A DNA stretch of 64,000 nucleotides from positions 1,210-65,209 of the forward strand of contig CALNBV010000235.1 of NCBI GenBank assembly GCA_937874515.1. The letters run 5' to 3'. The translations under genes and the position numbers were made by a program. The notes beneath the pieces are model-generated. The model saw only the letters and a program-made list of their open reading frames with translations. It searched no databases and had not been told where the DNA came from. This DNA is from an uncultured Paenibacillaceae bacterium (GTDB lineage Bacteria; Bacillota; Bacilli; Aneurinibacillales; Aneurinibacillaceae). This document shows positions 17,528 to 28,683 of the stretch, piece by piece (the stretch's first letter is position 1; every line of letters starts with the position of its first letter).

Positions 17528-18889
17528 ATGAGAGAGACCCGATTTATCTATTCTGTCAAAGAAATTACCCGCAGAATAAAAAATCTCTTTGAACAAGATG
17601 AAGACCTGCAAGATGTTTGGATTAGAGGGGAATTGTCCAATTTTACTCATCATTCTAGCGGCCATATGTATTTTACTGTAAAGGATGAGGCCAGCCGGAT
17701 GAAGGCAGTCATGTTTGCCGGTGCCAACCGTTATCTTCGTTTTATTCCGAAAAGTGGAGATCGGGTCATTATTAGAGGTTCGATCACCATTTTTGAGCGG
17801 GATGGGCAGTATCAATTGTATGCAAAGGAAATGCAACCTGATGGCATTGGGAGTTTGTATTTAGCCTATGAACAATTAAAGGAGAGACTCACCAGGGAAG
17901 GGTTATTCGACCAACAATATAAAAAAACCATTCCCCCTTATCCGAAAACCATTGGCGTGATTACATCACCTACAGGTGCAGCGATTCGGGACATTATTAC
18001 AACCATTCGCCGCCGCTATCCCTTAGGAAAAATTCTTCTTCTTCCTGTGCTTGTTCAAGGAGAACAAGCACCAGCTTCCATCAGTCAAGCCATCGATCAT
18101 ATGAATCAAAGGAATGATATTGATGTGCTGATTATTGGGCGTGGGGGAGGCTCTATTGAAGAATTGTGGGCGTTTAACGAAGAAATTGTGGCAAGAAGCA
18201 TCTTTCATTCCAAAATCCCCATTATTTCTGCAGTAGGCCATGAGACGGATTTTACCATTGCCGATTTTGTGGCAGATGTTCGTGCTGCAACACCCACAGC
18301 AGCTGCTGAACTTGCGGTCCCCCATATCCTGGAATTACGGGAGAAAATTGACCGTTTGCAAGACAAGTTGCTAGGAGCGATGATGCATCAGGTACGGGAT
18401 GGGCGAAATCGTTTGCTAAGAGCAGAGAAATCCTATGTTTTCCGTCAACCAGGCCGTCAGGTTTTACAATATCAACAAACATTAGATCGGATACAGGACC
18501 GTTTGAAATTCACCATGAAGCAGCAAATTGCAGGGCAACAGAATCGCTGGAAGGAAAACCATCACAGGCTTCTTTCTGTTGCACCTGATTTGAAAATAGA
18601 GCTTTTATATAAGCAAAATCAACAATTCCAGCATCGTTTAGAACGTGCCATGAAGACCTTATGGCGGGATCGGCTGCGCCAGGCTGATCACCTCATGGGC
18701 AAATTAGATGCCCTTAGCCCCTTGAAAGTTATGGGGAGAGGTTATGCACTTGTATTTAAAGAGGACGAGGAAAAGAAAAGCCTGGTTCAATCTGTGAAGG
18801 TTGTGGAAACTGGCGATCAGATCCGTGTGAAATTATCCGATGGGGAGCTTACCTGTGAAGTTCACGGGAAGAAAGAGGAGGATCAATGA
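17528..18889 (+). CDS. xseA: exodeoxyribonuclease VII large subunit
   Basis: 453 aa with an OB-fold N-terminus (GELSNF...SGHMYFTVKD) and GRGGGSIEELWAFN. Confidence 0.95.
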   Translation: MRETRFIYSVKEITRRIKNLFEQDEDLQDVWIRGELSNFTHHSSGHMYFTVKDEASRMKAVMFAGANRYLRFIPKSGDRVIIRGSITIFERDGQYQLYAKEMQPDGIGSLYLAYEQLKERLTREGLFDQQYKKTIPPYPKTIGVITSPTGAAIRDIITTIRRRYPLGKILLLPVLVQGEQAPASISQAIDHMNQRNDIDVLIIGRGGGSIEELWAFNEEIVARSIFHSKIPIISAVGHETDFTIADFVADVRAATPTAAAELAVPHILELREKIDRLQDKLLGAMMHQVRDGRNRLLRAEKSYVFRQPGRQVLQYQQTLDRIQDRLKFTMKQQIAGQQNRWKENHHRLLSVAPDLKIELLYKQNQQFQHRLERAMKTLWRDRLRQADHLMGKLDALSPLKVMGRGYALVFKEDEEKKSLVQSVKVVETGDQIRVKLSDGELTCEVHGKKEEDQ

Positions 18890-19134
18890 TGGACAAGACA
18901 AATGAAGAGTTGTCTTTCGAAGTAGCCATGAAACGCTTAGAAGCCGTTGTTGAACAACTTGAGGGTGGGGAAGTTCCCCTTGAAGAAGCTATTGCTCTTT
19001 TTCAAGAAGGAATGGAGTTATCCCGGGTGTGCAATCGAAAACTAACGGATGTTGAGCATAAAATTGAAATGCTGCTGGAAAAAGAAGGCCAATTGACTCC
19101 TACCCCTTTTGAGTTGGAGGGAAATCAGGAGTGA
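18886..19134 (+). CDS. xseB: exodeoxyribonuclease VII small subunit
   Basis: 82 aa with an ATGA overlap with xseA and LSFEVAMKRLEAVVEQLE. Confidence 0.93.
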   Translation: MMDKTNEELSFEVAMKRLEAVVEQLEGGEVPLEEAIALFQEGMELSRVCNRKLTDVEHKIEMLLEKEGQLTPTPFELEGNQE

Positions 19135-20021
19135 GTGAATTAAAGAGTTTTCTGCAAGCAAAGAGCAACATCATTGAAACGGAATTAAGCAAGTATTTGA
19201 ATACGAATGAGATTCCTGTAATTTTACAGCAATCCATGTCTTATTCAGTGGATGCTGGCGGCAAAAGGATGCGTCCGATTTTAATTTTAGCCACCATAGA
19301 GGCTTTTGGCCAACCATCGGAAAAAGGGTTGCCAGTAGCTTGTGCTGTGGAAATGGTGCACACCTATTCATTAATCCATGATGACCTGCCTGCGATGGAT
19401 AATGATGATTATCGACGGGGCAAATTAACCAATCATAAAGTGTTTGGTGAAGGAATGGCCATTTTAGCTGGAGATGGTTTATTAACCTTTGCTTTCGAAA
19501 TCATGAGTAAGGGAACATATGAAGGAGTTCCAATCCAGGGGATTTTGCAAATTGTACGGGAATTAGCCCTTTATGCAGGACCGAAAGGAATGGTTGGCGG
19601 TCAGGTTGCAGATTTAGAAGGGGAAAATAAAACCCTTTCTTTAGAAGAACTACAATATATTCATCAGCATAAAACGGCGGACCTGTTGATTTTCTGTGTC
19701 AGGGCTGGGGCTATTTTAGCAGGTGCCAGTGAAAAGCAGTTAACTAGTTTAACCCATTATGCACAACATATTGGCATGGCGTTTCAAATTCAAGATGACA
19801 TTCTTGATGTTATGGGCGACCAGGAGAAGATGGGAAAACAGGTGGGCAGCGATGAGAAATTAAATAAATCCACCTATCCTTCCTTATTGGGCATGGAGGA
19901 ATCCCAACGGCTCCTCGAAGAACATGTACAATCTGCTCTGCAAGCATTAGCGGAAGCAGGAGTAGCAGACTCAGGGGTACTTGCTTCTCTCGCTCGTTTT
20001 ATACAGCAAAGAGATCATTAA
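19131..20021 (+). CDS. ispA: (2E,6E)-farnesyl diphosphate synthase
   Basis: Two DDxxD motifs (IHDDLPAMDNDDYRRG and FQIQDDILD). A GTG start overlaps the xseB stop. Confidence 0.93.
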   Translation: MSELKSFLQAKSNIIETELSKYLNTNEIPVILQQSMSYSVDAGGKRMRPILILATIEAFGQPSEKGLPVACAVEMVHTYSLIHDDLPAMDNDDYRRGKLTNHKVFGEGMAILAGDGLLTFAFEIMSKGTYEGVPIQGILQIVRELALYAGPKGMVGGQVADLEGENKTLSLEELQYIHQHKTADLLIFCVRAGAILAGASEKQLTSLTHYAQHIGMAFQIQDDILDVMGDQEKMGKQVGSDEKLNKSTYPSLLGMEESQRLLEEHVQSALQALAEAGVADSGVLASLARFIQQRDH

Positions 20022-20120
20022 TGAAGATGCCGTAACCAGATGGTTGCGGCTTCAGTTGTTGTTTAATATCAGTTTGTGATAACATAATGAAAACCATGCA
20101 GTGAAAGTGAGGAGTTTTCC

Positions 20121-22004
20121 TTGTTAGCATCTATCCATTCCCCGGAACAGTTGAAAAAATTAAATTCACAACAACTGGTGCAATTAGCCGGGGAGATTCG
20201 AGAATTTCTCGTATCCAATTTGGCAGTTACTGGAGGGCATTTAGCCCCTAATCTTGGCGTTGTTGAATTAACGATTGCATTACATTATGTGTTTAATAGT
20301 CCCCAGGATAAATTGATTTGGGATGTAGGGCATCAAGCCTATGTCCATAAAATCCTAACAGGGCGAATGGACCGTTTCGATACATTAAGAAAATATAAAG
20401 GTCTCTGTGGTTTTCCCAAGTGTTCTGAGAGTGTCCATGATGTTTGGGAAACAGGACATAGCAGCACATCCCTATCTGCAGCCATAGGAATGGCCATTGC
20501 CCGTGATTTAAAAAAGGAAAAGAATCATGTTGTTGCAGTCATCGGAGATGGGGCTTTGACTGGTGGAATGGCTTTTGAAGCGTTAAATCATATCGGCCAT
20601 GAAAAGAAAGATTTAATTGTTGTTTTAAACGATAATGAAATGTCTATTGCAGAAAATGTAGGGGCTATGCACAATTATTTAAGTAACCTGCGCACCAATG
20701 GAAGTTATATCCAGGCGAAAAAGGAAGTGGAAAGTCTTCTTAAAAAGATTCCTGCAGTAGGCGGGACCATGGCTCGCTTGGCTGAACGCGTGAAAGATAG
20801 CTTAAAGTATCTTTTGGTATCAGGGGTGCTCTTTGAAGAATTAGGGTTAACTTATTTAGGTCCTGTTGATGGCCATAATATGTCTGATTTGATGGAAAAT
20901 ATGAAAAGGGCTAAGAAAACGAAAGGGCCTGTCCTTCTTCATGTGATTACCAAAAAGGGAAAAGGGTATGGACCTGCGGAAGCGGATTCAGATACGTTCC
21001 ATGGATTGGGTCAGTATAAAGCAGACAGTGGGGAAGTCATTAAGGCGGAAGGGCCTCCATCCTATACCAGTGTGTTTTCTCGAACAATGGTACAGTTAGG
21101 CAATGAAGATGAACGAATTGTTGCCATTACGGCTGCAATGCCTGGGGGAACAGGTCTGAAGGCTTTTGCTGAAAAGTACCCTGACCGATTTTTTGATGTT
21201 GGCATTGCAGAACAACATGCTACCACATTAGCTGGATCCATCGCTTCCCAGGGATTAAAACCGGTTTTTGCAGTATACTCCACTTTCTTACAGAGAGGGT
21301 ATGACCAGTTATTGCATGATGTTTGCAGGCAAAATTTAAATGTAGTATTTGCTGTGGACCGTGCGGGATTGGTTGGAGCAGATGGGGAAACTCATCAGGG
21401 GGTTTTCGATATCGCATTTATGCGTATGATTCCCAATATGACCATAATGATGCCGAAGGACGAAAATGAATTTCAGCATATGTTATATACAGCGTTCCAT
21501 TATGACCAGGGGCCCATTGCCGTACGTTATCCCCGGGGAAATGGGGAAGGAGTTCCTATGGATGAAGAACTTCATGAAATCCCCATTGGAAAAAGCGAAA
21601 TAATACATCAAGGTGAAAACGTGGCGATTATTGCCTTTGGCAATATGGTTCCTACTGCATTACAAGGAGCTGCAATCCTCAAAGGAGAGGGTATGCAACC
21701 TACGGTAGTGAACGCACGTTTTGCTAAACCTTTAGATGAAGAATTGCTGTTTACTCTTGCAAGAGAGGGATATTCCATCATTACCTTAGAAGAAGGATGC
21801 CTTACAGGGGGATTTGGCAGTGCTGTAATGGAAACCTTATCTCAAGCTGGTTTTTACCATACTGTTGTAGAATGTATGGGTGTTCCTGATCAGTTTATTG
21901 AACATGGAAGTGTGACAGAACAAAGGGAGGAAATGGGCCTGACTGCAGATGTGCTTGCTAAGAAAGTGATTTCTTTGTGGCCTGCTCAGAGACAGCGCGC
22001 ATAA
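20121..22004 (+). CDS. dxs: 1-deoxy-D-xylulose-5-phosphate synthase
   Basis: 627 aa with the TPP motif [15 protein letters not shown] and a TTG start after GAGGAG. Confidence 0.96.
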   Translation: MLASIHSPEQLKKLNSQQLVQLAGEIREFLVSNLAVTGGHLAPNLGVVELTIALHYVFNSPQDKLIWDVGHQAYVHKILTGRMDRFDTLRKYKGLCGFPKCSESVHDVWETGHSSTSLSAAIGMAIARDLKKEKNHVVAVIGDGALTGGMAFEALNHIGHEKKDLIVVLNDNEMSIAENVGAMHNYLSNLRTNGSYIQAKKEVESLLKKIPAVGGTMARLAERVKDSLKYLLVSGVLFEELGLTYLGPVDGHNMSDLMENMKRAKKTKGPVLLHVITKKGKGYGPAEADSDTFHGLGQYKADSGEVIKAEGPPSYTSVFSRTMVQLGNEDERIVAITAAMPGGTGLKAFAEKYPDRFFDVGIAEQHATTLAGSIASQGLKPVFAVYSTFLQRGYDQLLHDVCRQNLNVVFAVDRAGLVGADGETHQGVFDIAFMRMIPNMTIMMPKDENEFQHMLYTAFHYDQGPIAVRYPRGNGEGVPMDEELHEIPIGKSEIIHQGENVAIIAFGNMVPTALQGAAILKGEGMQPTVVNARFAKPLDEELLFTLAREGYSIITLEEGCLTGGFGSAVMETLSQAGFYHTVVECMGVPDQFIEHGSVTEQREEMGLTADVLAKKVISLWPAQRQRA

Positions 22005-22009
22005 TTCAT

Positions 22010-22825
22010 ATGGGGAAAAAGGAACGATTAGATGTTCGTTTAGTACAAGAAGGATTTAGTGCCAGCCGGGAAAAGGCCAGAGCCGTAATTATGGCCGGAT
22101 TGGTCTATGTAGATCATGAAAGAATGGATAAACCAGGGATGAAAGTGGACCTGGACCGTCCCATTACAGTAAAGGGACAAGTACACCCTTATGTGAGTCG
22201 GGGTGGATTAAAATTAGAAAAAGCCATTAAAACCTTCTCCCTTGATTTTACAGACAAGGTTGTCATGGATATCGGGGCATCGACAGGGGGGTTTACTGAT
22301 TGTTCCCTGCAGAATGGAGCACGCCTGGTGTATGCTATTGATGTTGGGTATGGCCAATTAGACTGGTCTTTACGGCAAAATGAAAAAGTTGTGGTTATGG
22401 AACGGACTAATTTCCGCTACCTTACTCCCCAGGAATGGGAAGGGGAAGCTATTGATTTTGCCACTATTGATGTGTCCTTTATCTCATTGCGTATAATCCT
22501 GCCAGTGTTAAAAGATTTTCTGAAAATTGGAGGCGGGGTAGTTGCATTAATTAAGCCCCAATTTGAAGCGGGAAGGGAACAGGTAGGAAAACATGGCGTT
22601 GTAAGAGACCCTGCAGTTCATTTACAAGTCATTGAAAATATTGCGGCTTTTAGTGCAACACTGGGGTATACTATAAAAGGTCTTTCTTTCTCACCCATTA
22701 CTGGGGGAGAAGGAAATATTGAATTCTTGCTTTATCTTGAGTGGGAAAACAAGCCAGAAGGGTATCCGGAGAGTATTTCGGAATTAATGAAGAAAACAGT
22801 GCAGGAAGCCCATAATGTTTTTTAA
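22010..22825 (+). CDS. TlyA/YqxC-family rRNA 2'-O-methyltransferase (S4 + FtsJ domains)
   Basis: S4 domain (RLDVRLVQEGF..SREKA) plus DIGASTGGFTD. I chose the internal ATG just after the dxs stop. Confidence 0.88.
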   Translation: MGKKERLDVRLVQEGFSASREKARAVIMAGLVYVDHERMDKPGMKVDLDRPITVKGQVHPYVSRGGLKLEKAIKTFSLDFTDKVVMDIGASTGGFTDCSLQNGARLVYAIDVGYGQLDWSLRQNEKVVVMERTNFRYLTPQEWEGEAIDFATIDVSFISLRIILPVLKDFLKIGGGVVALIKPQFEAGREQVGKHGVVRDPAVHLQVIENIAAFSATLGYTIKGLSFSPITGGEGNIEFLLYLEWENKPEGYPESISELMKKTVQEAHNVF

Positions 22826-22848
22826 TAAATGAAGCAGTAGTGAAAAAA

Positions 22849-22872
22849 GGCGGGGGCTCCCGCCTTTTTTTT
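22849..22872 (+). terminator. rho-independent terminator
   Basis: ggcggg-ggct-cccgcc followed by T8. Confidence 0.9.
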
Positions 22873-22956
22873 AGGTCTTTTGGAAAAAAACAAGGTATAA
22901 TAAATAGGAAAAAAAGATCGACTAGCTTGTAACCCTTATTAAATGAGGTGTTTTTG

Positions 22957-23820
22957 TTGACGACCATTGGGATTGCTTTAAATAAAGATAAACCAAGTGC
23001 TTTCGATGTTGCAATTGAATTGATTCACTTATTAGAAGATAAGAAGGCAAACGTGTATATTGATGATACAGTTGCATCAGAAATTGGACGTAGTGATTTA
23101 GCCTTGCCCATCGCTGATTTTCATAAATTTGTTGATATCCTTTTTGTTCTTGGGGGAGATGGAACCTTATTAGGTTTTGCCCGGGAAATTTCCCATTATT
23201 CCATTCCTATTTTAGGAATTAATCTTGGCCACCTAGGCTTTCTTTCTGAAGCAGAACCTGCTGACTTACCCAATGCCATTGATAAAATATTAAATGGCCA
23301 TTATTATGTGGAACATCGGATGATGTTGGAGACAGAAGTCATTCGTAATGGAGAAGTGATTTATCCATCCATCGCTTTAAATGATATTGGAATTGCCAAG
23401 GGCAGTTTCAATCGCATGATTAAGTGTGCTGTATACTCAGATGATTTATACGTAGGGACCTTTAATGGGGATGGGGTTATCGTTTCTACCCCTACAGGCT
23501 CTACGGCATATTCACTTTCTGCAGGTGGACCCATTGTGGTTCCATATATTAGCGTCATTTTGCTGACGCCTGTTGCGCCACATTCTTTAACAGCAAGACC
23601 CTTTGTTTTTCCTGCTGACGAAGAGATCCATATTATTGTGGAATCCACCCATAAAGATATTGGACTTACGATTGATGGCCAATTAGGTTATCCTTTAGAA
23701 GCCAAAGATAAAATTGTCATTCGCCGTTCAGCCAATATCACATCTTTAATTAAATGGGAAGAACGGAGCTTTTTTGAAGTGATACGCAAGAAATTACATG
23801 GGGAGGAAGGGGATTCATGA
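22957..23820 (+). CDS. nadK: NAD kinase
   Basis: Motifs GGDGTLL, NDIGI and [17 protein letters not shown]. The start is ambiguous (GTG 22948, TTG 22954 or TTG 22957) after GAGGTG. Confidence 0.92.
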   Translation: MTTIGIALNKDKPSAFDVAIELIHLLEDKKANVYIDDTVASEIGRSDLALPIADFHKFVDILFVLGGDGTLLGFAREISHYSIPILGINLGHLGFLSEAEPADLPNAIDKILNGHYYVEHRMMLETEVIRNGEVIYPSIALNDIGIAKGSFNRMIKCAVYSDDLYVGTFNGDGVIVSTPTGSTAYSLSAGGPIVVPYISVILLTPVAPHSLTARPFVFPADEEIHIIVESTHKDIGLTIDGQLGYPLEAKDKIVIRRSANITSLIKWEERSFFEVIRKKLHGEEGDS

Positions 23821-23843
23821 GCGATCAACATGTGGGGAAAAGC

Positions 23844-24299
23844 ATGAATAAAGGGCAGCGCCATATTAAAATTAGAGAATTAATTACTAAGTTTGATATT
23901 GAAACCCAGGATGAATTAGTCGATTTTCTATATAGTGATGGGTTTCATGTTACACAGGCTACAGTATCTAGAGATATTAAAGAACTTCAATTAATAAAAG
24001 TGCCTACCCATGATGGAAAATATAAGTATTCTTTGCCTTCACCATTAGACCAGCGTTTTAATATCCACCTTAAATTAAAACGGACATTAATTGACAGTTT
24101 CATCAGTATTGATCAAGCAGATAATTTATTGGTGATGAAAACCATGCCAGGACACGCTAATGCAGTTGGATCCCTGATTGACAATTTAGATTGGCAGGAA
24201 ATCATGGGTACCATCTGTGGGGATGATACAATCCTTATCATTTGCCGGACAAAAGAAAGTGGAGAGGATGTATCCAGGCGTTTTCTTGATATGTTATAG
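23844..24299 (+). CDS. argR: arginine repressor ArgR/AhrC
   Basis: [14 protein letters not shown]...[14 protein letters not shown] is nearly collinear with B. subtilis AhrC as I recall it. Confidence 0.95.
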   Translation: MNKGQRHIKIRELITKFDIETQDELVDFLYSDGFHVTQATVSRDIKELQLIKVPTHDGKYKYSLPSPLDQRFNIHLKLKRTLIDSFISIDQADNLLVMKTMPGHANAVGSLIDNLDWQEIMGTICGDDTILIICRTKESGEDVSRRFLDML

Positions 24300-24311
24300 G
24301 GAGGAAAAGCA

Positions 24312-26048
24312 ATGTTACTTGAATTATCCATAAAGAACTTTGCTGTGATTAAAGAAATTACAATCCCTTTCCATAAAGGCCTTACCATTTTAACTGGGGA
24401 AACAGGTGCCGGGAAGTCAATTTTAATTGATGCCATCGGTTTATTATTAGGTGGACGGGGATCGGCAGATTATATTCGCCATGGATGCAAGAAAGCGGAA
24501 ATTGAGGGGCTTTTTGAATTTGCAGCCAATTCTCCAGCGGTCAAAATCCTCAGTGAGAACGGTATTGAGTGTGAGGAGCAATTGGTTGTGGTTAGCCGTG
24601 TAATTACTGAGAACGGCAAAAGCCTTTGTCGGGTCAATGGGCGATTAATTCCCCAGAGTATTATGCGGGAGTTGGGACCATGGTTTATTACGGTTCATGG
24701 TCAACATGAACATCAGTCCTTGATGCAAGAGGAACGCCATATTCAATGGTTAGATTCATATGGCGAAGACCAATTGCAAACTACATTAAAGGAATATACC
24801 CGGCTTTATAAGCGATATTTGCAGTTGAAATCAGAATTGGATTATATGAGTACCAATGAACGGGAAATGGTTCAACGCATGGACATGCTTCGCTTTCAAT
24901 GGCAAGAAATTGTTGACGGATCCCTTGAACCAGGGGAAGATGAAAAGCTCATGATGGAGAGAAAACGTTTGTCCGGAGGAGAAAAGCTGGCCAAAGGCAT
25001 TGAAACGGCTTATTATTCTCTATCTGGAGAACACCGGGGCATGGATTGGATGGGCAATGCATTAGAAAACATTGAACCTCTTCTCGCCTTCGATTCATCC
25101 TTAGAGGAGCTTCATAAAACATTGGAAGAGGCCTACTATCAAGTTGAGGAAGTTGCTCGTTCCTTACGCCAATTGCAGGATGACGTTCAATTTGATCCGG
25201 AACGCCTTTCTTTTATTGAATCTCGACTGGATGAAATCAATCGGTTAAAAAGAAAATACGGGAAATCTGTGGATGAAATCCTTGAGTATGGGGCTTCCAT
25301 CGAAGATGAATTAGAGAAGATGGAAAACCGGGAAAACCGCATTGAGGACTTGCAAAAAAAAGTACGGGATACCGAGCAGGATCTAGCCATTGAGGCCAGG
25401 GAACTATCAGAAATCCGCAAACGGGTTGGACTGCAACTGGCATTTCTTATTGAAAAAGAATTAAAGGATCTACATATGTCTCGAACCCAATTTGAGATCG
25501 CTATTACCCGGGATCCTGATGAAAGAGGGATTGGGATTAATGGTGAGAAGGTACGCATTCATCCAAAGGGAATCGACCGGGTAGAATTTATGATTTCCCC
25601 TAACCCTGGTGAACCTTTGCGACCTTTAGCTCGCATTGCTTCAGGAGGAGAACTTTCTCGGATTATGCTGGCCATGAAGACCATACTGGCTCATGCTGAG
25701 AATATTGACACCTTAATCTTTGATGAAGTAGACACAGGAGTCAGCGGCAGAACTGCCCAAGCCATTGCAGAAAAATTAAATCGTGTAGCCAATCGGCGCC
25801 AGGTACTTTGTGTTACCCATTTGCCTCAGGTAGCCAGCATGGCGGATACCCATTTACATATTGTGAAACATATGGGTGAAAATGAAACCGAAACCAGAGT
25901 TAAGGAATTAAACGAGGAAGAAAAAGCAGTTGAATTGGCTAGAATGCTTGGGGGAGTTGAAGTGACGGATAAAACCCTTGAACATGCCAAAGAGATGCTT
26001 TTACAGGCAAATTTACGTAAGAAGGAAGACATTGTTTCTCAGGTGTAG
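24312..26048 (+). CDS. recN: DNA repair protein RecN
   Basis: 578 aa with Walker A GETGAGKS, a coiled-coil centre and a C-terminal SGGELSR signature. Confidence 0.96.
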   Translation: MLLELSIKNFAVIKEITIPFHKGLTILTGETGAGKSILIDAIGLLLGGRGSADYIRHGCKKAEIEGLFEFAANSPAVKILSENGIECEEQLVVVSRVITENGKSLCRVNGRLIPQSIMRELGPWFITVHGQHEHQSLMQEERHIQWLDSYGEDQLQTTLKEYTRLYKRYLQLKSELDYMSTNEREMVQRMDMLRFQWQEIVDGSLEPGEDEKLMMERKRLSGGEKLAKGIETAYYSLSGEHRGMDWMGNALENIEPLLAFDSSLEELHKTLEEAYYQVEEVARSLRQLQDDVQFDPERLSFIESRLDEINRLKRKYGKSVDEILEYGASIEDELEKMENRENRIEDLQKKVRDTEQDLAIEARELSEIRKRVGLQLAFLIEKELKDLHMSRTQFEIAITRDPDERGIGINGEKVRIHPKGIDRVEFMISPNPGEPLRPLARIASGGELSRIMLAMKTILAHAENIDTLIFDEVDTGVSGRTAQAIAEKLNRVANRRQVLCVTHLPQVASMADTHLHIVKHMGENETETRVKELNEEEKAVELARMLGGVEVTDKTLEHAKEMLLQANLRKKEDIVSQV

Positions 26049-26135
26049 GTTATAAATAAGGCCAAGTACGGAAAAATTAATAGTACAGAGAAAATGGAGG
26101 TGTAGGTAGGGAACGTGTAGGAGCGTGATGCCCAA

Positions 26136-27455
26136 TTGTCTAATTCAAAACGAAATAAAGCTTTATTTGGCTGGATCTTAATTATACTCGCTCTATTCAC
26201 TTTCTCTTCGACCCCCTTCCGACAATTCGCTTCGATCCCTGAAAAGATTAGAATTGTACAGGGATCCCTGGAGCAACTCTCCTTTGCTATGCCTGTCAAT
26301 GCGAAGGTAGTTACTTCTGACCCTAATGTGGTTCATTTAAATGGGACCCAAACAGGGATGGAGAATCATGATTTGCGGAAGCCCTTGACTATAGAGCCAA
26401 TAAAACCTGGAGACACGCAGGTAACCTTAAAGGTTGGAAACATCCCTGTTAAGACTGTTGATGTTGAAGTATTGCCTGAAGTGAAATTGATTCCAGGTGG
26501 ACAATCCATTGGCGTTCAATTACAGACATCTGGTGTATTGGTCGTAGGTCACCATCTTATTGAGGGGCAGGGAAGGAAATATTCTCCTGGAGAACAATCC
26601 AACATTAAAGTGGGTGACCGGATTATGAAGGTCAACGATGTCTCTATTCGGAATATGGAGCAGGTAGGTAAACTTGTCAATGATTCAGGGAATAAAGGTG
26701 ATCCTGTTCGTTTGGAGGTTATAAGGGGCAAAGAAAAAGTGGAATTGAAAATTAAGCCTGCTTATGACGAAAAAGAAAAAACCTACCGTTTAGGGGTCTA
26801 TATTAGAGATTCTGCCGCGGGTGTTGGTACATTAACTTTTTATGATCCAAAAACAAAAAATTACGGAGCTCTTGGCCATGTGATTTCCGATATGGATACA
26901 GGAAAACCCATTGTTGTAGGTTCTGGCCATGTGGTTCAATCCAGTGTAACATCCATTGAAAAAGGCCAAAGTGGTTCCCCAGGTGAAAAATACGCCATTT
27001 TTAAAAATGAAAATGTGAAGTTGGGTAATATCGAGAAAAATACTCCCTTTGGCATTTTTGGTAAAATGGATAAATTCCCTGATCATTCAGTGGGAATGAA
27101 ACCAATTCCTATTGCATTAAGCGAACAGGTCAAAACAGGGCCTGCGGAAATTTATACGGTAGTGAATGGACAAAAAGTGGAGAAGTTTAAAATTGAAATT
27201 GTAAATGTCGTTCAGCAAAAATTCCCTTCAACAAAAGGATTAATTATTAAAATTACTGATCCTCGCCTGCTGGATAAAACCGGTGGGATTGTGCAAGGGA
27301 TGAGCGGAAGCCCAATTATCCAAAATGGCCATTTGATCGGGGCTGTTACCCATGTGTTTGTGAATGATCCAACTTCAGGATATGGAACATACATTGAATG
27401 GATGTTGAAAGATGCTGGATATCATTTAGAAAAAGAACAACCCAAGGCTAGCTAG
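26136..27455 (+). CDS. spoIVB: SpoIVB signalling serine peptidase (S55)
   Basis: TTG start, an N-terminal TM helix, a PDZ domain, GTLTFYDP..GALGH and GMSGSPI. Confidence 0.94.
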   Translation: MSNSKRNKALFGWILIILALFTFSSTPFRQFASIPEKIRIVQGSLEQLSFAMPVNAKVVTSDPNVVHLNGTQTGMENHDLRKPLTIEPIKPGDTQVTLKVGNIPVKTVDVEVLPEVKLIPGGQSIGVQLQTSGVLVVGHHLIEGQGRKYSPGEQSNIKVGDRIMKVNDVSIRNMEQVGKLVNDSGNKGDPVRLEVIRGKEKVELKIKPAYDEKEKTYRLGVYIRDSAAGVGTLTFYDPKTKNYGALGHVISDMDTGKPIVVGSGHVVQSSVTSIEKGQSGSPGEKYAIFKNENVKLGNIEKNTPFGIFGKMDKFPDHSVGMKPIPIALSEQVKTGPAEIYTVVNGQKVEKFKIEIVNVVQQKFPSTKGLIIKITDPRLLDKTGGIVQGMSGSPIIQNGHLIGAVTHVFVNDPTSGYGTYIEWMLKDAGYHLEKEQPKAS

Positions 27456-27474
27456 TTAGCCTGGGTTGTTTTTC
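27436..27474 (+). terminator. terminator after spoIVB
   Basis: aacaacccaaggcta pairs with tagcctgggttgtt, followed by T5. The stop codon lies in the loop. Confidence 0.75.
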
Positions 27475-27565
27475 TTCTATTAAGACCCTTAGGTCAATGG
27501 TTGGATAAATCAGGCTATCGCAAAGAACCTTAATCTGTACTATTATAGTAAAGAAAGAACAGGGA

Positions 27566-27637
27566 TGTCGAAAATAATTGATTATGGTCGAAAGGATTTT
27601 GGGTTACATAAGAAGGAAATGAGTGGCCTTTGTCGAA
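27566..27637 (+). promoter_or_regulatory. three Spo0A-box-like sites upstream of spo0A
   Basis: TGTCGAA at 27566-27572, GGTCGAA at 27586-27592 and TGTCGAA at 27631-27637, against the consensus TGTCGAA. Confidence 0.6.
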
Positions 27638-27638
27638 C
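27612..27638 (+). promoter_or_regulatory. candidate sigma-H promoter (Ps) of spo0A
   Basis: gaAGGAAAT-11 nt-GTCGAAC, compared with my recalled RNAGGAWWW-N11-12-RNNGAAT. The -10 element overlaps the third 0A box. Confidence 0.5.
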
Positions 27639-27726
27639 TTTCAAAAAGGGACAATCTATACGAACAATTACATTACATCCTACAATGATGATATAAAATA
27701 AGTCGGGAAGAAGGAGCGAAGGGATA

Positions 27727-28521
27727 TTGAATAAAAAAATTAAAGTCATTCTTGCGGACGATAACAGGGAGTTTACGGAACTTTTAAGAGATTATCTGAC
27801 AGCACAGGACGACATAGATGTGATTGGTATTGCTAGCAATGGGAATGAGGTTTTATCGTTACTAGAGGAACAAGTTCCAGATGTTTTAATTCTGGATATC
27901 ATTATGCCTCATTTAGATGGACTGGCTGTTCTTGAAAAGATTCAGCATTTAAATTTATCCCCGATGCCTCGTATTATGATGCTGACTGCATTTGGACAGG
28001 AAGAAATTACGAAGAAAGCTGTTGAATTAGGCGCTAGTTATTATATTTTAAAACCCTTTGATATGGATGTTATGGCTAACCGCCTACGTCAAATCGCCGG
28101 TGTATCAGTAAATGATGGAATTCGTGCTAATGTAAATGTACGAATGCCGATTTTGCCAACTCGCGGAAAGAATTTAGATCAAAATATTACCTCTATTATC
28201 CATGAAATTGGTGTTCCTGCCCATATTAAAGGATATCTTTATTTAAGGGAAGCCATTACCATGGTATACAACGATGTAGAGCTTCTAGGTTCCATCACGA
28301 AGATTCTTTATCCTGCCATAGGTAAAAAGTACAACACAACAGCTAGTCGCGTTGAGAGGGCAATTAGACACGCCATAGAGGTAGCGTGGAGCCGGGGGAA
28401 TATGGATTCCATTGGTCAAATGTTTGGCTATACAGTAAGCAATAGTAAAGCGAAACCCACCAACTCCGAATTTATTGCTATGGTTGCTGATAAATTACGA
28501 TTAGAACATCAAGTGAGTTAA
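27727..28521 (+). CDS. spo0A: sporulation master regulator Spo0A
   Basis: Receiver domain plus the Spo0A-specific C-terminal domain ([24 protein letters not shown]), with a TTG start. Confidence 0.97.
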   Translation: MNKKIKVILADDNREFTELLRDYLTAQDDIDVIGIASNGNEVLSLLEEQVPDVLILDIIMPHLDGLAVLEKIQHLNLSPMPRIMMLTAFGQEEITKKAVELGASYYILKPFDMDVMANRLRQIAGVSVNDGIRANVNVRMPILPTRGKNLDQNITSIIHEIGVPAHIKGYLYLREAITMVYNDVELLGSITKILYPAIGKKYNTTASRVERAIRHAIEVAWSRGNMDSIGQMFGYTVSNSKAKPTNSEFIAMVADKLRLEHQVS

Positions 28522-28529
28522 AATAAGTA

Positions 28530-28570
28530 GATGATATAAAAAGCCCCATTAAGGGGTTTTTTATATCATC
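28530..28570. terminator. 18-bp-stem terminator after spo0A
   Basis: gatgatataaaaagcccc-attaa-ggggttttttatatcatc. The A and T runs lie inside the stem, so it could act in both directions. Confidence 0.85.
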
Positions 28571-28596
28571 TGGATTATTTCTTATACCTTTAATAA

Positions 28597-28610
28597 ACCC
28601 TACGGGGTAT
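28597..28610 (+). promoter_or_regulatory. CsoR-family type GC-tract operator
   Basis: The inverted repeat ACCCTACGGGGTAT lies about 30 nt upstream of the extended -10 TGtTATACT (28638-28646). Confidence 0.5.
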
Positions 28611-28683
28611 TTTTTTATTTTAGGAAGGGAATCCTCGTGTTATACTGTATATATTGGAGAAATGTAGGTAAGGGGATTGTACT

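Noticed and set aside
25187-25558. 123-aa ORF antisense to recN
   Set aside because: The Ser/Arg-rich composition is typical of the antisense frame of a Glu/Leu-rich coiled-coil region.
26049-26135. Attempt to assign a sigma-F or sigma-G promoter upstream of spoIVB (and sigma-E promoters upstream of spoVD at 57783-57853 and spoVE at 63716-63795)
   Set aside because: By eye I could not find matches with correct spacing to the consensus sequences I recall. Calling them would be guesswork.
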